Origin: Saccostrea echinata
Taxonomy: Eukaryota
DNA: 64,000 nt
Reading direction: 5' to 3'
Assembly: GCF_033153115.1 (NCBI RefSeq)
Contig: NW_026889803.1
Span: forward strand, 36,146,001 to 36,210,000
How positions within the stretch are numbered: position 1 is the first letter of the stretch; every line of letters starts with the position of its first letter. This document shows, one piece after another, positions 24,851-35,501 of the stretch. A program made the translations under genes and the position numbers. The notes under the pieces were generated by a model. The model made no database searches. It was not told where the DNA came from and was given only the letters and a program-made list of their open reading frames with translations.

Positions 24851-27658
24851 CTGTTTTCGTCCGTCGTCGTCCGTCGTGTGTTAACATTTGAACATTTTCA
24901 GCTTCTTCTCTGAAAACGGCTGAACCAATTTCAGCCAATTTTAGCACATGGAATCTATGTGTAAAGGGGAACAAAATTTGTGAATTTCATGGTCCCTGCC
25001 CCCCCCCCCCCCCCGGGCCTGAGGGGTGGAGCTAAGACCACCAAAATTAATGCAATCTTTAAAAAATCTTCTTCTTTACTCCTGGACATCAAGCAGTCAA
25101 ACTGTTGGCATGATTGTAAAAAGCATTGAGCCCTCTACCAAAATTGTGAAATTCATGGCCCCAGGGTCAGGGGTTCTGGTGCTAGGGCGGGGCTATATAA
25201 TATAGCTGATATAGTGAAAGTACATTATTTCGTTGAAAATCTTCTTCTCTGCTCCTGGGTATTAAATAAAGTAACTAAGTGCATAGTTATGAAGAGCAAG
25301 AGTGCCTCTTCTAAAATTGTGAATTTCTTGGCCCCAGGGTCAGGGGTTCTGGTGTTAGGGTGGGTCTCTATTCATTATATGTAGTGAAATGCATTAATTC
25401 TTTGAAAATCTTCTTCTCTGCTTGTGGGTGTTAAATAAAGTAAGTAAGTACATACACGCGTAGTTATGATGAGCAAGAGTGCCTCTTCCAAAATTGTGAA
25501 TTTCATGGCCCCAGGGTCAGAGGTTCAGGTGTTAGGGTGGGACTGTATTGATTATATAGTGAAAATGCATTAATTCTTTGAAAATCTGCTTCTCTGCTCC
25601 TGGGTATTAAATAAAGTAACCAAGTACATAGTTATTATGAGCAAGTGTGCCTCTTCCAAAATTGAGAATTTTATGGCCCTGGGTCAGGGGTTCTTGTGTT
25701 AGGGCGGGGCTCTATTGATTATATAGTGAAAATGCATTAATTCTTTCAAAATCTCCTTCTCTGCTCTTGGGTATTAAATAAACTAAGAACATAGTAATGG
25801 TGAGCATAGTTGCCTTCTTAGAAATTGTGAATTTTAGGGCCCCTGGGTCAGGGGTTCAGGTGTTAGGGCGGGGCTCTATTGAACATAGTAAAATTGCATT
25901 AATTCATTGAAAATCTTCTCTGCTCCTGGGTATTAAATAAACTAACTTAGTGCATAGTTATGATGAGCATGGTTGCATCTTCCAAAATTGTGAATTTCAT
26001 GGCCCCTGGGTCAGGGGTTCTCGTGTTAGGGTGGGACTGTATTGATTATATAGTGAAAATGCATTAATTCTTTAAAAATCTTCTTCTCTGCTCCTGGGTA
26101 TTAGATAAAGTAACTAAGTACATAGTTATGATGAACAAGAGTGCCTGTTCCAAAATTGTGAATTTCATGGCCCCAGGGTCAGGGATTCTGGTGTTAGGGC
26201 GGAGCGCTATTGATTATATAGTGAAAATGCATTAAATCTTTGAAAATCTTCTTCTCTGCTCCTGGATATTAAATAAAGTTACTAAGTACATAATAATGAT
26301 AAGCAAGAGAGCCTCTTCCTAAATTGTGAATTTCATGGCCCCTGGGGCAGGTGTTCTGGTGTTAGGGTGGGGCTCTATTGATTATATAGTAAAAATGGAT
26401 TAATTCTTTAAAAATCTTCTTCTTTGCTCCTGGGTATTAAATAAAGTAACTAAATACATAGTTATGATGAGCAAGAGTGCCTCTTCCAAAATTGTGAATC
26501 TCCATTGATATACATGTATATATATAGTGAAAATGCATTAATTCTTTGAAAATCAATCTTCTTCTTTCTCCTGGATATTAAATAAATTAAGAACATAGTT
26601 ATGGTAAGCATGGTTGCCTCCTCAGAAATAGTGAATTTCATGGCCCCTGGGTCAAGGGTTCTGGTCTTTAAGGGCGGGATCGGACTCTATTAATTATACA
26701 AGGAAAATGCATAAATTCTTTCAAAATCTTCTTCTCTGCTCCTGGGTATTATTCAAACAAAGAAAGTGCATGGTTATAATAAGGAAGAATGCCTCTTCCA
26801 AAATTGTGAAATTTATGCCCCCTGGGTCAGGGGTTCTGGTGAAGGGGTGGGACTGTATTGATTATCTAGTGAAAATGCATAATTTCTTTCAAAATATTTT
26901 TTCTCCTACATTGGTTATATAGCAAAGAAACAAGTGTATAGTTATGATGAGCAAGGGTGCTTCTTCCAGAATTGTGAGGTCATGGCCCCTGGGTCAGATG
27001 TTTTGTGTAAGGGTGGGGCTTTATTTATTTAATAATATAATGAAAATGCATTTCTTTGAAAATCATCTATGCTTCTGGGCATATTCGAGGCAAACAGAGT
27101 AAAAGTTTTAATATGCAAAGGTATTTTTACCAGAATTTTGAACACCTGAACCAATTATTCAAGTGTTCTGTTCCTGGCCAGGGCTCTATTCACTTGTATT
27201 CTGATGAGCAAAGTCATTCCCCTTTACCATTCCCCTTTGATAATTAATCACTGTAAACAATGTATTTGAAAGGTTAATAGAATACAAGAATTATGCAAGA
27301 ATATTTATTGTATAATACAAAAAGTACTTTCATAGTTTTAATGATCAGGTAGACTTGGAAATAAAAGATGAATAAAAATGAGACAAAAATAACTTATCTT
27401 TTCAAATGTTTTTCAAAGGCCAAGAGAGGCCAATGTGAGAAGTAATAATATTGGGATAAAAAATAGACATTTTGTTAATAGTCTGCATGGTAATAGTGAT
27501 AAATGGGGGACAGATAGATACTAGACCAATTATTTTGTTGATGCTAATCGTACTATTTTTCTTGGTTTTGGGCAACAAAGCTTCATTTATCAGTTTATGG
27601 ATCCTCTAAATTGTTGTATTGTACTCAGGTGACCGTTAAGGCCCTTGGACCTCTTGTT
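24811..27658 (+). mobile_element. Non-autonomous Helentron (HINE) carrying ~13 copies of a ~165-bp satellite unit
   Basis: 5' ttttAGGTCACCTGAGTCACTCAGGTGACCT palindrome, (cgt)n, tandem array ~25050-27190, 3' subTIR actcaggtgacc plus hairpin aggcccttggacct, ending cttgtt. Confidence 0.85.
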
Positions 27659-28760
27659 AAAAAAGAAATTTGTTTTTGTTTTTTGCTTGTCATTTTTTTC
27701 AGCTGCCCCTCTTCAAAGTAATTTGATATACAAGTACATGTATTTGAATTGATAGTTTAAAGAGACAGAATGAAATGTGGGTCGACTTCATGTTTAATAT
27801 CTACATTGTATGACTCGCCAATGTTGATAAACAGTAAAATGGAAATTTTGAAACAAACCAAAAGTTGGAAGATGCATAATTACCGAGAAATTCGGTTGTT
27901 TTTATCAAATATAAATCATATCTCAAAAATATATACTTTGTTCTTTTTTTCTTTTTCTTTTTTTTTATTAATGATAACTTGAAAAATCGACCATTTTATT
28001 TTAAATAATTTTTACCTGTCTTTTCTTTGAAACACAGCAGTTTTTCCTCGAAACTGTCCTTGAACCTTATCTAAGTGTTTTATAAAACATTTACTTTCTG
28101 GGATAAAGAAAAACTGACATATGGATGGCCCCAGTCGAGAACATTGTTTAATAAAACAGTCTATGGAACATAAATTTTAGCCAGGTTGCACTTAATGTAT
28201 AGGGAGTTCCTTGAAAACACTACACAGTGTACGTGTACTTTCACTTCGAACTCGGTTGGCATTACCATTACTGACTGTTACCGATAAGATTTCTTACCCA
28301 ACAGTTAACAAAAGGAAAAGCATGCTTGTCTAGGCATTTTGTATAACATGTAAGCAAAGATTATATAATACAATATTCTTTATTTTTTATCTTCTTGGAA
28401 AATCAATTCCGGTACGAAGAAAAACTACACATTATATAACGATCTAAATAGTATACATATTCTCGCAAAAACTTAAAATTTTAATTTCACAAAACGCATT
28501 GAAGATCTTCCACATAAAATATCTTGTAATTTTCCTTAAAACAACCCTGGTTCATATTATTATTTGCACATTCAATTGCATAATACCTAATTACAGACTA
28601 TCAAATAGTTTGAAAGCTTTCGTACTTAATTGTCGAATTATCTACTCACTGAATCCTTTTGTTAGTTGCTAAAATTACTAGACAATGCTTTATTCTATCA
28701 AACAATGAAGATTTAACCTAAAATCTAAATGCCTGGAGAAAATTTTTTTTTAAAGTTCTG

Positions 28761-28980
28761 GGGCCCGTTTTACAAAAGAACTTACGACTAAGACCAAAAA
28801 TTTCAGTTGATTGTAAAATTATGCAAAATTAATGATCTTGTTTAAAATTGCTAGCGTAAAAGTTTCTTTCTACATACCTTTTAAAAAGATTAAAAAATTT
28901 TTTTATTTCATGTAAATAGGAAAGTTTTTAGCAGAATTAAAATTTGGTCTTAGTCGTAAGTTCTTTTGTAAAACGGGCCC
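28761..28980. mobile_element. Harbinger-type MITE (220 bp)
   Basis: ~38-bp perfect TIR GGGCCCGTTTTACAAAAGAACTTACGACTAAGACCAAA; TSD CTG (28758-28760, 28981-28983); absent from duplicate copies A and C. Confidence 0.92.
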
Positions 28981-29471
28981 CTGAAATCCACAGCATCATA
29001 CATGTATCTATATTTGTTTTCAAAATTGTTAAAATTTTCCCTTTTTTCTTGAGATCTCTCATCATACAGAAAATGCTCCGTTCTTATTTCTTTCTTTTTA
29101 AATGCATTCAATTGAAACGCCATTATAAAAAAATAATTTGGATAGAAAAGAGGAAGTTTAAAGAAATGAGTTTACTATCATTTTTATTGCGGGCTTCTAA
29201 AAGTAAACACGTTTTTACCTTTAAATCATTATCTCTAATTTCTATTCCCCACTTGTTATTTTGGAAGCGTTATGCATTAGAAATATCAGAATGTTTAATG
29301 GATATATCGACTTCATCAGATTAAGACTACATGTAACAGTGTTTAATTTCAGTAAAGTAACTGGATAAGTGATATTGATAAGAGTTTAAAAAGAGAGAAA
29401 GAATTTAGGTAGACTTTAATTGGAATATTATGCAGCGGACTGCAATGTTTATAAACGGAAAACATGGGAAT

Positions 29472-29475
<4 letters not shown>

Positions 29476-29529
<54 letters not shown>
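29476..29529 (+). repeat. Poly(A) tract
   Basis: Directly visible. Confidence 0.95.
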
Positions 29530-29531
<2 letters not shown>

Positions 29532-31147
29532 GAAAGTGAAAATAACAAAAATAACCAGAAAAGTCGATTGTTTACATTACAAGTGATTTGTTGCACAGCA
29601 ACAATGTGTAAAGTCTGTGATTATTTCTACAGGGCACTGTATTCACTTCCACCGTCTTGGTAATGATTAATATATTGAACGGGTTGTACATGCATTACAT
29701 GCTTTTAAAAAGAGTTGTCTTTGGGTTAATTTTCCTACTCTTTCCTAATTTCTTCATTATTATTAATGCACCCGACCCTGGGGGAGTGTGGGCCAGCGAA
29801 CATTGATGGAGGTTCAAGTACATCTTTAGGAGTTGCGAAGGCACGCATCCAGTTACCAACTCGATCTTCTACATGTACCAACAAGTCAGCTCCATATTTT
29901 AGTTATTAACTACACATTGAACTTTGTGAAACTTTGTGGAATATAGTGTTTAGATAACAATTTATTATTCAGGGCGATACTTCATAATGGAAGGTTTTAT
30001 AAATCCTTACCCCCCCCCCAAAAAAAAATATTCGTTTTGTTTAAAATCAGCAATTCATCCCTATCTTCAGCTTTGAAAAAAATAGGGAGTGTAAAGGTAA
30101 AATCATCTACTCACTATAGAGTCCATTTGTAAATTGCTAAAATTACTGGACAATGCTTTATGCTATCAAACAATGAAGAACGTTTAACTGAAAATATTTA
30201 TGTACAATTGCCAATGCGAATTCCTTGTAATAAAATAACTCATTTATGGAACTTCTCATTCCCTAACATTTCTGTGTACAGTCACGAACCCAACTAACAG
30301 TTATTGTAATATCGCAGCATTTCATGAAACCGCCTTCACTCTCCATTTCAATAAACAACAAAACACTTACATGTAGATATGTTGCACTTTGCCACTAATG
30401 TTGATTGAAAGTAATTGTAATTAATCATGTGATAATTGGTAAAGAAATCCATAAAATTATTAATTTTCTTCTATTATCTGTCTCAAAAAATCATAACAAA
30501 ATGAAGTCGAATTATGAATATGATTCATTTGATAAGTAAACATTGATTACATAATATGGGGTAAAAGATTACATAACATATAAAAACATTCTTCTTGTGG
30601 TCGGAAACCGAAAACTACCTAAAACAAATTTAAAACGAAAGAAATGAAAATACAGACAAAATTGGACTACTTAAAATTCATAAATTCCCGAGGAAAATAA
30701 GTTTTAAAATAGGGGGCTTTGAAATACTTACTATCATGTCTATATTTGTTTATATATGTATGTCAAAATTTTCCCTTCTTTCTTGTGGTCTGTCATCATA
30801 CAATAATTTTTCTGTTTTTATTTCTTTCTTTTTAAAATGCATTCAAATGAAACGCCGTTAGATTTAAATAAAGAAGGAAGTTTAAAAGATACACTGCGGG
30901 ATTCTAAAAGTGAATGCGTTTTTTGCCTATAAATTATTATCTTTTATTTCCATTCCTCACTTGCAATTTTGGAAGCCTTACGCATTAGAAATATAAGAAT
31001 ATATAATGGTTATATCGAATTTATGAGATTAAGACTCAATGAATATGATAATACGTGTAAAACTTTTAATCAATAAAATAACTTGATATATTTTGATAGA
31101 TAAATGATATTGCATGAAAGTTTAAAGAGAGAGAAAAAAATGTGGAC

Positions 31148-31310
31148 AGTAGTAAGGGGGGTAGTCTGGGGTCTATTTGGGGTCAATGACGTCATGGGTC
31201 CGTCTGGGGTCACCCTAATAACATGGGTCCGTCTGGGGTCAATGACGTCATGGGTCCGTCTGGGGTCACCCTAATAACATGGGTTTGTCTGGGGTCACCT
31301 GACGTCATGG
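31148..31310 (+). repeat. Maverick left TIR (internal ~28-bp repeats continue imperfectly to ~31410)
   Basis: Exact reverse complement of 53158-53320; unit catgggtccgtctggggtca; TGACGTCA at 31187, 31243 and 31300. Confidence 0.97.
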
Positions 31311-31478
31311 GTCCGTCTGAGGTCACCCTAATAACATGGACCCGTCTGGGGTCACCCTCAAAGCATTAACCCGTCTGGGGTCATCATAACATTGGGTCCG
31401 TCTGAGGTCATTCAGCAGGGTATATATTATAAATTTTCATATTTTTTTAAATATACACATACACACTAAGCTATAACC

Positions 31479-31706
31479 ATGGATGGTCATGTTACACAGT
31501 ATAAGTGGAAAGTACTGGCATGGAACTCTTTGGGAAGAGATAAGAAGAAATGGACACTTTTAGAGAGTCGATGGTTTGATAAAAAGAAAGAGTGTATTGC
31601 TGATTTTAAAGAAAAAATGAAAGAAGGATACGATGTCGCAGACTGTTGGGGATCCGAGGAGTACCTACTAAAACGACGAGTTATGCCTAAAAAGTACTGT
31701 TGGTAG
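31479..31706 (+). CDS. Maverick accessory ORF, unknown function (75 aa, Trp/Lys-rich)
   Basis: Good Kozak context (accATGG), TATA-like sequence upstream, first gene after the TIR; no motif recognised. Confidence 0.55.
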   Translation: MDGHVTQYKWKVLAWNSLGRDKKKWTLLESRWFDKKKECIADFKEKMKEGYDVADCWGSEEYLLKRRVMPKKYCW

Positions 31707-31741
31707 TCAATTAAAAAAAAACAAAATAGTGTGTGTTAAAT

Positions 31742-31924
31742 ATGGATAAAATACAGAAGAAAGTTCGCTTTGACAATTACGTACAAACAATATTGATACC
31801 ATACGAAGAAAGGAAAGGAGTGTGGATGCAGTATGCCATAGATAGAGCTCATTTCAAAAGGAGAATTGAGCAAACTGAAATTATGTTGTCATCAATTCTC
31901 CTTTCAAAAAACAAAGTGACATGA
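31742..31924 (+). CDS. PP1 regulatory subunit 15 mimic (DP71L/ICP34.5/GADD34 C-terminal domain-like), 60 aa
   Basis: KKVRF (RVxF PP1-docking motif), then RKGVWMQYAIDRAHFKRRI (eIF2alpha-binding motif RxGxWxxxAxDRxRFxxRI with one R>H), then LSSILL. Confidence 0.88.
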   Translation: MDKIQKKVRFDNYVQTILIPYEERKGVWMQYAIDRAHFKRRIEQTEIMLSSILLSKNKVT

Positions 31925-31995
31925 TTGTATATAAACTGGTGTATCTAGCAAACTGAATCATTCTTCTTACGAAGTAAAAAAGGAGTGACCTGAAA

Positions 31996-32412
31996 ATGGA
32001 GAGGGAATTAAGGAGAGTAAAATTTCAATGGACCAGAATGTTGGAACATATTTTTCATGTCTTAACCAAACGGAAAGATGACATCTTGATACACATTTCA
32101 TGTCTCATGCAATGTGTTAAAATGGTACTCGCTATTAAAGCACAAATCAAATTTATGAAAAGAAGAAATGCGAAAGTGTGTGAAAAGGACTGGAAAAAAC
32201 TTGAAAATTTATTGGAAAGATTTAGGTGGCTGACAGAAGAAATGGACAACAAGCTTCATCGTCTTGTTCATAAAACAGAAACTGTACGTCGGTCCAATAG
32301 CCTTTATGTGCTGAGGGGAGTGTTGAATACTGTAGAAACTATTCTTGACGTATTATCAAAAACTCTTGCCTTTATTACCAAAAACCCTTGTCTTTTATCA
32401 CAAAAACAATGA
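31996..32412 (+). CDS. Maverick accessory ORF, helical/coiled-coil, unknown function (138 aa)
   Basis: TATA at 31928 plus TCATT at 31958 upstream; AATAAA right after the stop. Confidence 0.65.
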   Translation: MERELRRVKFQWTRMLEHIFHVLTKRKDDILIHISCLMQCVKMVLAIKAQIKFMKRRNAKVCEKDWKKLENLLERFRWLTEEMDNKLHRLVHKTETVRRSNSLYVLRGVLNTVETILDVLSKTLAFITKNPCLLSQKQ

Positions 32413-32650
32413 AATAAAAATTCGGTTAATACTGTATATGTCTACGGTCAATTCAGTCTAAGGTCAGGATAATGCTATTACATATTAAATGGACAATTCT
32501 GCGGTCACATTTTTAAAAGAACTACAAACCTAATGAAAATGTCTAAGGTCATCAACCCATGTGATTAATTGTTATAAAAACTTGGTGGATACAAACATTT
32601 TTCATCAGATGTGAGTTGATCTTACAAGACGCAACAACCTTCCAGCAGAT

Positions 32651-33631
32651 ATGGAGCAAAAACATCAGGACCTTATTAAAGTGAACTACACCACTCTGGT
32701 TAAGAAAATGACGAGCTCTTCGGTTGTCGGGCATCTCCTTGTCTCTAACATTATAACGGATGAAATGAGACAACAAATTGAAGCAGAGAAATCCAGTTAC
32801 GACAGAAACAGAAAACTACTACATATAATTCTCCGTGGTGGACCAAAAGCTTTCAGGGGTCTTCGAATGGCTCTGATGAAATCCAACCAAACTGAGTTAT
32901 CCAAGCTTCTCTCTGCCGGTGAAGATGCCATGTCCGAGTACGAAAAAAAGTTAGCCATGGCCAGATCCTTAATTGTGAACACGGCTGAAAAACGATATGT
33001 TGAAAACAAACTAAAGAAAGATCCTGTAGAACGACAACTGTCTCAAAACGTGCGATGCAGAATTGGTCTGGATGATTTCAACGAAATTTTCCTCACAGCT
33101 GTGTCTTTCAAAGACAAGATCAATATACACATTCGTCACTTTACATCGACCAACAATGGTATGATTCCGACAAAGAAGGGAGTAACATTTCCGTTATCCA
33201 GATGGCTGATGTTTGAATCCATTCTACCTGATATCCAAAACTATCTGCAAAACAGATCGAATGAAGAAATGAAATGGCATATTGGAGGTGGTGTGTATGT
33301 CTCCATCACTCCCGGCTATTCTACGGTGGACATAAGACACTTTTGGAAGCCAGATGACGCCCCGGAACCTGTTCCAACACGGAAGGGTGTGACTCTGAAC
33401 AACCGTAAACTGACCAGATTACTGCAGGCCGTTAAGGAAGTGCGAGAATGTGTTCCCGAATTAAATGACATAGACATATGTGCATTCAGTGAATCCCATC
33501 AAAATCAACTTGGAATGTATAGTTGCCCCGAGTGTACTCCATTTGGATATGAACCTAAGGAAGATGTGTCCCTGAAATGTAATGCCAATGCCTCACAAGA
33601 CTTGCAGACAATCAAAAGCGACATTGAATAA
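32651..33631 (+). CDS. CARD domain + tandem PC4-like ssDNA-binding domains + C-terminal Cys/His motif (326 aa)
   Basis: aa 1-88 CARD pattern (LIKVNYTTLVKKM...VGHLLVSNIITDEMRQQI...RNRKLLHIILRGGPKAF..L..AL...NQTEL..LL); two PC4 signatures IHIRHF...PTKKGVTF...W and IGGGVYVS...VDIRHFW...PTRKGVTL; tail C...H...CPEC. Confidence 0.82.
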   Translation: MEQKHQDLIKVNYTTLVKKMTSSSVVGHLLVSNIITDEMRQQIEAEKSSYDRNRKLLHIILRGGPKAFRGLRMALMKSNQTELSKLLSAGEDAMSEYEKKLAMARSLIVNTAEKRYVENKLKKDPVERQLSQNVRCRIGLDDFNEIFLTAVSFKDKINIHIRHFTSTNNGMIPTKKGVTFPLSRWLMFESILPDIQNYLQNRSNEEMKWHIGGGVYVSITPGYSTVDIRHFWKPDDAPEPVPTRKGVTLNNRKLTRLLQAVKEVRECVPELNDIDICAFSESHQNQLGMYSCPECTPFGYEPKEDVSLKCNANASQDLQTIKSDIE

Positions 33632-33666
33632 CAGTAATTGTGATCAAAATTATTTTGTACATATGA

Positions 33667-33727
33667 TTGGTTGATTGATTTTATTGTTTAACGCCCGATC
33701 GGCAATATTTCAGCCATATTTTGGCGG
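33667..33727 (-). mobile_element. 5'-truncated retroposon 3' end inserted in the Maverick
   Basis: 13-bp TSD TTTGTACATATGA (33654-33666, 33728-33740); minus strand reads atatggctgaaatattgccgatcgggcgttaaac...(aatc)n tail. Confidence 0.8.
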
Positions 33728-33885
33728 TTTGTACATATGAAAAAAACTTTTAATGAAAAAACCTTTTAATGTTCAATTGCATCGTGATATTTATAATAAA
33801 ATAATATAAATACAAAACAAATGACTTTGATTAATTTTGTACATAATGCAAGACAGACAAGAAGTACTGATCAGTCAGGTACAGG

Positions 33886-35040
33886 ATGTCCAAGTATACA
33901 GACTATCTGAAAAAACTCTACTATACCCCCGGAAATCCAGGGGCGTTTGGAGGTCCTGAAAAACTTTACCAAGCCGTAAAACAAGATGGAAAGTATAAAA
34001 TAGGAAGAATTAGAATCAGGCAATTTTTGAACAACGAAGATCCTTACAGTTTGATGAAACCTATCCGTCGTTCGTTTCCGCGCTCAAAGGTTGTTGTGAA
34101 CACCATTGACTCCATGTGGGACGGTGATTTAGCAGATGTCAGCAATATTTCTTCCGAAAACGATGGCTATAAATTTTTGTTAGTGCTAATAGATATATTC
34201 AGTCGTTTTTTATTTATAGTGCCTTTGAAAAATAAGCAACACCAAAATATCACAGAAGGTCTAAAATCAGTTTTTCAAACAGGACGAAAACCTCAAACAC
34301 TCAGAACAGATAAAGGAAGCGAATTTAAAAATCGCTGGGTAAAAGCGTTTTTAAAGAAGGAGGGTGTCCATGTCATATATACCCAAAATGAAACTAAAGC
34401 AAACTATGCCGAAAGAGTTATTCGTACCATGAAAAATCTGATGTATCGTTATTTTCTGAAAAATAAAACATACCGTTATGTTAATGTCTTACAAGATTTA
34501 GTGACTAGTTATAACCAGAGACCTCATAGATCTCTTGGAGAACAAGCACCTGTTACTGTCACCAAGGAAAATGCAGATGAGGTGAGACTCATTTCCTATC
34601 TCAGTACCAAGAAAAAGAATCCTGTGAGCAAAAGCAAGTTGGGAAAACCAAATAAATCGTTAGGTAAAAAGAAACGGACTAAACCAATTTTTAAGTACAA
34701 AGTAGGAGATGACGTACGTATTTCACAGCTAAAACATCCATTTCAAAGAGACTACCAGCAAAAATGGACTGAAGAGTATTTTAAAGTGTCTAATCGCTAT
34801 AAGAGAGCTGATATACCTGTGTATAAAATAAAGGATTTAGCTGATGATCCAATAGAAGGCACTTTTTATGAATCTGAACTTCAAAAAGTCATGAAGTCCG
34901 GGGATATACTGTATAGAGTGGAAAAGGTGTTGAGAAAGAGAAAACGTGGTAAAACAAAGGAAGTGTACGTAAAGTGGGACGGATGGCCCACAAAATTCAA
35001 TTCGTGGATTCCCGAAAATTCCCTAGAAAACACCAAATAA
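33886..35040 (+). CDS. int: Maverick retroviral-like (rve) integrase with C-terminal chromodomain-like region
   Basis: DLADV / RTDKGSEF / KANYAERV (DDE), YNQRPHRSL, WTEEYF, GTFYESELQ, YRVEKVL...VKWDGWPTKFNSWIP. Confidence 0.96.
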   Translation: MSKYTDYLKKLYYTPGNPGAFGGPEKLYQAVKQDGKYKIGRIRIRQFLNNEDPYSLMKPIRRSFPRSKVVVNTIDSMWDGDLADVSNISSENDGYKFLLVLIDIFSRFLFIVPLKNKQHQNITEGLKSVFQTGRKPQTLRTDKGSEFKNRWVKAFLKKEGVHVIYTQNETKANYAERVIRTMKNLMYRYFLKNKTYRYVNVLQDLVTSYNQRPHRSLGEQAPVTVTKENADEVRLISYLSTKKKNPVSKSKLGKPNKSLGKKKRTKPIFKYKVGDDVRISQLKHPFQRDYQQKWTEEYFKVSNRYKRADIPVYKIKDLADDPIEGTFYESELQKVMKSGDILYRVEKVLRKRKRGKTKEVYVKWDGWPTKFNSWIPENSLENTK

Positions 35041-35075
35041 AAACAGTTTTCTTCCACTAATCACCATCAGTCAAG

Positions 35076-35501
35076 ATGAGCCTTCGAATGGTGTTGAGGT
35101 CTACAGACAGCTCAGAATATTTTGACAATAAACCCAATTGTTTTCGAGTTCAGTTGAATAAACAAATTCTATTTGATGGATACTGGACAGTTGCTTTAAC
35201 AGAATTTACTACAGAGAGCTGGGATCCAACCAAGAAAACTCCCGAGGTGTATATATGCTGTGACATATGTGAGGAAACAATTGTTGGCGGAAAGGACATA
35301 CCCCTCTTACGGCGAGTTGTTCTTGGAGAAAAACAGGAGAACAACATTATCTATACGTTACCTTATTACCTTCCCGTAAAGACTGGACAATTACAACAGA
35401 TCTGTATATATATAACGGACAGAGCAGGCAACTTGGTGTCATTCCTAGACGGACCGGTGAGCGTTACACTTCACTTTAAGAAGTTTCCTTACGTTTTATG
35501 A
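35076..35501 (+). CDS. Minor capsid protein (penton, single jelly-roll)
   Basis: S..YF.N.PN.FRV.L...I...G.W.VAL.E, YICCDI.E...VG....PLLR.V, YYLPV, VTLHFK: Polinton mCP pattern. Confidence 0.85.
   Translation: MSLRMVLRSTDSSEYFDNKPNCFRVQLNKQILFDGYWTVALTEFTTESWDPTKKTPEVYICCDICEETIVGGKDIPLLRRVVLGEKQENNIIYTLPYYLPVKTGQLQQICIYITDRAGNLVSFLDGPVSVTLHFKKFPYVL

Noticed and set aside
31148-31410. CRISPR-like array in the TIR (~20-bp repeats with short spacers)
   Set aside because: Spacers are 7-9 bp and recur, there are no cas genes, the context is eukaryotic, and it is part of the TIR.
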